This document shows positions 15,886-19,021 of a DNA stretch of 19,021 bases, piece by piece. Positions within the stretch are counted from its first letter, which is position 1. Every line of letters starts with the position of its first letter. The notes under the pieces are model-generated. The model worked only from the letters and a program-made list of their open reading frames with translations. It made no database searches and was not told where the DNA came from. This DNA comes from Candidatus Jordarchaeia archaeon (GTDB lineage: Archaea > Asgardarchaeota > Jordiarchaeia > Jordiarchaeales > Jordiarchaeaceae): contig JAHQXB010000002.1 of NCBI GenBank assembly GCA_029856435.1, positions 1 to 19,021 on the forward strand, read 5' to 3'. Both the position numbers and the translations under genes were made by a program.

Positions 15886-17679
15886 ATGAAGTTCTCAACT
15901 ATAGCTGATTTCTACGAAAAAATTGAGGAAACCTCTAAACGCTTGGAAATGACTGACCTCTTAGTTCAGCTTTTTAGGGAGACCCCCACAGAGCTTATAG
16001 ATAAGGTGGTCTATCTTACTACCGGCAGGCTTTATCCTTTATTCATTCCCATAGAGTTAGGATTAGCTGAAAAGTTAGCGGTTCGAAGCGTCGCTATGGC
16101 CTCGGGCCATAAGGTTAGTGAAGTTGAGGAGAAGCTAAAAAAAGCGGGAGACTTGGGGTTAGTAACTGAGCAGATTTTAAAGTCCAAGAAGCAGAGATCC
16201 CTTCAACAAAAACCTCTAGAAGTCCTGGACGTATATGAAACTCTTGATAAAATAGCAAGAGCTTCTGGGGCGGGATCCGTTGAAGCTAAACTCAAACTGC
16301 TCTCCCGACTTCTGCTTGACGGGACACCAAAAGAGGCCAAGTACATTATCCGCATGGTTATAGGCGCTCTAAGGTTAGGTATTGCCGAATACACTATACT
16401 CGACGCCCTAGCAATCACTTACACTGGAGATAAGGAAAACCGGGCTATTCTCGAAAGAGCATTTAACATTAGTTCCGACCTGGGACTGGTGGCAAAAACA
16501 GTGGCCACCAAAGGATTGGAGGCGGTGAAGAACTTTAAGATATCTGTGGGGAGCCCCATTAGAATGATGCTTGCGCAGAGGCTCTCCTCACCCGAAGAAA
16601 TTCTGGAAAAAATGGGCGGCAGATGCGCCGTAGAATACAAGCTAGATGGGGAGCGGGTGCAAGCACACAAAAATAATGGAGAAGTCAACTTATTCTCACG
16701 CCGCCTAGAAAACATCACAGAACAGTACCCCGACATAGCGGAACTAATAAAAAACAACATCAAACCCTACAGCGCCATTGTGGAGGGGGAAATAGTGGCC
16801 TTTAACCCCCAGACCGGAGAACTATTGCCCTTCCAGACACTGATGCGTCGCAGAAGAAAATATGGAATAAAAGAGGCAGTGGAAGAGTTTCCCGCAAGCC
16901 TAAACCTATTTGACGTGCTTCTAGTCGACAAAACCGACTACACAACCAAACCCTATACTGAGAGAAGGAAAAAGCTTGAAGAAATAACCAAGAAAAATGA
17001 GAGAATAAAACCCGTAGAAGCCAAAGTAGTGGAAAACCCCCAAGACATGGAAACCTTCTTTGAGAAGGCAATAGAGGAAGGATGCGAGGGCTTAATGGCT
17101 AAATCCATACAGCCTGACTCCATATATGAGGCGGGAAGCCGAGGATTCAAGTGGATAAAGTACAAACGAGAATACAAAACCGAAATGATAGACACCATAG
17201 ACACCGTAATAGTGGGAGCATTTATGGGGAGAGGGAAAAGGGCAGGAACATACGGCGCACTACTAGTCGCAGTATATGACCAAGAAAAAGACATGTTCAC
17301 AACCATATCCAAAGTAGGAACAGGCTTCAGCGACACGGACCTCGAAGAAATGCCTGAAAGACTTAAAAAATACAAAATAGACCACAAACACCCCCGAGTA
17401 GATTCCAAACTAAAAGCCGACGTATGGTTCACACCCGGACAAGTCATAGAAATCATAGGCTCCGAATACACCCTCAGCCAAGTACACACCACCGCCCTAG
17501 GAGCAATAAAAAAGGACAGCGGCATCGCAGTAAGATTCCCAAGATTCACCGGAAAATGGAGAGACGACAAAAGCCCCGAAGAAGCTACCACCGTAAAAGA
17601 AATCATAGAAATGTATCAAGCCCAAATTAAAACCCAGCCCAAAACCCAAAAAGAAAAGGGAGAAAATAGTGACTCTTAA
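15886..17679 (+). CDS. lig: ATP-dependent DNA ligase
   Basis: Motif I EYKLDGERVQ, IVEGEIV, FDVL, EGLMAK, WIKYK, and the OB-fold RFPRF. 597 aa with the N-terminal DNA-binding domain. Confidence 0.97.
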   Translation: MKFSTIADFYEKIEETSKRLEMTDLLVQLFRETPTELIDKVVYLTTGRLYPLFIPIELGLAEKLAVRSVAMASGHKVSEVEEKLKKAGDLGLVTEQILKSKKQRSLQQKPLEVLDVYETLDKIARASGAGSVEAKLKLLSRLLLDGTPKEAKYIIRMVIGALRLGIAEYTILDALAITYTGDKENRAILERAFNISSDLGLVAKTVATKGLEAVKNFKISVGSPIRMMLAQRLSSPEEILEKMGGRCAVEYKLDGERVQAHKNNGEVNLFSRRLENITEQYPDIAELIKNNIKPYSAIVEGEIVAFNPQTGELLPFQTLMRRRRKYGIKEAVEEFPASLNLFDVLLVDKTDYTTKPYTERRKKLEEITKKNERIKPVEAKVVENPQDMETFFEKAIEEGCEGLMAKSIQPDSIYEAGSRGFKWIKYKREYKTEMIDTIDTVIVGAFMGRGKRAGTYGALLVAVYDQEKDMFTTISKVGTGFSDTDLEEMPERLKKYKIDHKHPRVDSKLKADVWFTPGQVIEIIGSEYTLSQVHTTALGAIKKDSGIAVRFPRFTGKWRDDKSPEEATTVKEIIEMYQAQIKTQPKTQKEKGENSDS

Positions 17680-17706
17680 AAACCCCAAAATTTTGGAACA
17701 AAACCG

Positions 17707-18018
17707 CTAAGTTCCCAGCTTTCCCCTAACTGATTCGACTGAAACCCCCAAGACTCGAATTACCTTCTCTTTATCCTTAAGCCCCTTAATAATACTCACA
17801 CTGCCTGAAGATACTCCCAAAAACTTGGCGAAGGCCTTAATCAATTCCCTATTAGCCCTACCGCCCACTGGTGGGGAGTGCACCTCCACCACAACAAGTC
17901 CCTCTTCCAATCCCGCAGGACATCTGAGGCGCGGTGCCCCCGCCTTCACAAGAACCCGGATTAACACACCCTCCTCACATTCTTCAACTGCACTGTTTTT
18001 CAAGTTGTAAACCACCAA
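17707..18018 (-). CDS. DUF167 (UPF0235/YggU) family protein
   Basis: IRVLVKAGA, VEVHSPPVGGRANRELIKAFAKFLGV, and IIKG..DKEKVIRV. The start may be TTG 18003 (GGTGG SD). Confidence 0.88.
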   Translation of the reverse strand: MVVYNLKNSAVEECEEGVLIRVLVKAGAPRLRCPAGLEEGLVVVEVHSPPVGGRANRELIKAFAKFLGVSSGSVSIIKGLKDKEKVIRVLGVSVESVRGKLGT

Positions 18019-18122
18019 AAACCAGCTAAACTAATAAACACGTAAAGTTTTTATTAAATATCAACGATAATTAACTTAGAAAGGAACCTTTTGAATTTTA
18101 TCTAACAAAGGTGTGGAAAGCC

Positions 18123-18500
18123 ATGTCATCAAACTTCGACTACATAGTACAACAACTCCAAGCAAAAAATCCTAACGTGACCGCCGTTGCCATTCTAACC
18201 CTTGACGGTCAAGTAATGTACCAAACAGATAACTGGAATGTGATTCCTGATGCACCCAACCTAATATCCGCATGGAGAGAAAAGCAACCAGCAATCTTCG
18301 TGCAAGGAATAAGATATTCAACCCTATCTGCAACAGATGAACGTCTAGTGGCCACAAACGTTTCAGGAATGGGCCACATCATAATGGCCACAGCCCGTTA
18401 CCGAGCCCTCCTAATGGCGTATGTAACACCACAAGGCGACACTCAAGGCTCATATGTGGATGTGTCCCGCGCCGCAGCTCAACTAGGCGCCATGCTCTAA
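18123..18500 (+). CDS. Profilin (Asgard type)
   Basis: YQTDNW, QGIRYS...DERLVATNVSGMGHII and LLMAYVTPQGD...V.RAAAQL align well with my recollection of Odinarchaeota profilin (YQSPNW, QGVKYS, DRLIATNVGGQGHIV, LLIGYVSPNGD). ATG 18123 follows an AGGTG SD. 125 aa. Confidence 0.9.
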   Translation: MSSNFDYIVQQLQAKNPNVTAVAILTLDGQVMYQTDNWNVIPDAPNLISAWREKQPAIFVQGIRYSTLSATDERLVATNVSGMGHIIMATARYRALLMAYVTPQGDTQGSYVDVSRAAAQLGAML

Positions 18501-18509
18501 GCCTCCCAT

Positions 18510-18520
18510 ATTTTTTTGTT
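18510..18520 (+). terminator. Oligo-T terminator of profilin
   Basis: TTTTTTTGTT lies 10 nt after the stop. Confidence 0.55.
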
Positions 18521-18534
18521 CCCCCACCAGAAAT

Positions 18535-19021
18535 CTACAAAATTACACCCATAAAAAAGGATGCTGATTTTCTGACATACTCCCACCCATAAATGGTGTG
18601 GGGTTCTACGCCTCTATTGATAGAAGCGAAGGGCGTGCCACCGCCCCGTTTACGACTCCCGCAGGGATTGTCTCTCCCTTGAGCGAGCCCTATATTTACG
18701 CAGCCTACCGCATCCCTGTGCGCCTCAAGCTTGCAGTCCATGCATTTGAATAGCCTTCCACGCCTCACTATGTGCCTCGAATGGCATCGCGGGCATTCAC
18801 TGCTCGAACCCCCCTCATCCTTTCTTTGCACTCTCATCCCGTATTCCTCTGCTTTCTCTCCTATTCTTCGATACAGGTAGCCAATCGACCAGAAGTTGTG
18901 TATCATCGCATTCGATTTATGGCTGAAGCCCGCGTTTATCCTTATCCTCCTCAGATCGCCACAGACTATCTCGCCTACACCCTGCTCCCAGCATCGCTTG
19001 ACGAAATCCGCAACGATCTTG
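18535..19021 (-). CDS. tnpB: TnpB (3' part; 5' end outside the window) with a rearranged RuvC-II site
   Basis: The frame is open to the window edge: KIVADFVKRCWEQGVGEIVCGDLRRIR...MIHNFWS...EKAEEYGMRVQRKDEGGSSSECPRC...FKCMDC..EAHRDAVGCVNI. The ATG at 18906 in the ORF track is internal. Confidence 0.9.
   Translation of the reverse strand, partial: KIVADFVKRCWEQGVGEIVCGDLRRIRINAGFSHKSNAMIHNFWSIGYLYRRIGEKAEEYGMRVQRKDEGGSSSECPRCHSRHIVRRGRLFKCMDCKLEAHRDAVGCVNIGLAQGRDNPCGSRKRGGGTPFASINRGVEPHTIYGWEYVRKSASFFMGVIL
18573..19021 (-). mobile_element. Right end of a second IS200/IS605-family element
   Basis: Subterminal hairpin CCCACACC-ATTTAT-GGGTGGG (18582-18602) followed by AGTATGTCA, the usual GGGAG..TGTCA right terminus. 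The exact end is 18572-18573. Confidence 0.8.

Noticed and set aside
1776-17688. Many ORF-track entries opposite or overlapping real genes (e.g. 1776..2189, 2908..3348, 3300..3671, 3919..4386, 7438..7725, 10481..10882, 14862..15419, 16953..17606)
   Set aside because: These are antisense shadows of well-supported genes, and the strong third-position bias depletes stops on the opposite strand.
1-19021. CRISPR array, tRNA/rRNA genes, selenocysteine or pyrrolysine read-through
   Set aside because: No regularly spaced repeats or T-loop/anticodon-arm patterns were seen. The in-frame stops found are confined to sequences that also carry frameshifts, consistent with decay rather than recoding.

Overview
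An archaeal chromosomal window, most likely from an Asgard archaeon (Asgardarchaeota). This is inferred from a clear Asgard-type profilin at 18123-18500, archaeal TrmB, AMP phosphorylase and ATP-dependent ligase genes, and BRE/TATA promoters with GGAGG/GGTG ribosome-binding sites. From left to right: a heavily fragmented secreted/membrane protein gene (1-1465) interrupted by a 136-bp inverted-repeat cassette; a small-protein/ferredoxin/LpdD-like operon; trmB plus a SAM methyltransferase; a helical hypothetical plus asnS; a stand-alone vWA protein; a polytopic membrane protein with internal repeats; a ~15% GC island; a DUF362 Fe-S protein; an M29-fold metalloenzyme; a decayed IS1341-type tnpB element with intact ends; AMP phosphorylase; DNA ligase; DUF167; profilin; and the 3' part of a second tnpB element with a rearranged RuvC site. 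No tRNA, rRNA or CRISPR array was seen. The most unusual signal is compositional: a strand-locked A/C versus G/T (amino/keto) skew that flips every 1-4 kb, sometimes inside single genes and independently of gene orientation. All family calls are from motif recognition and recall; no database search was run.
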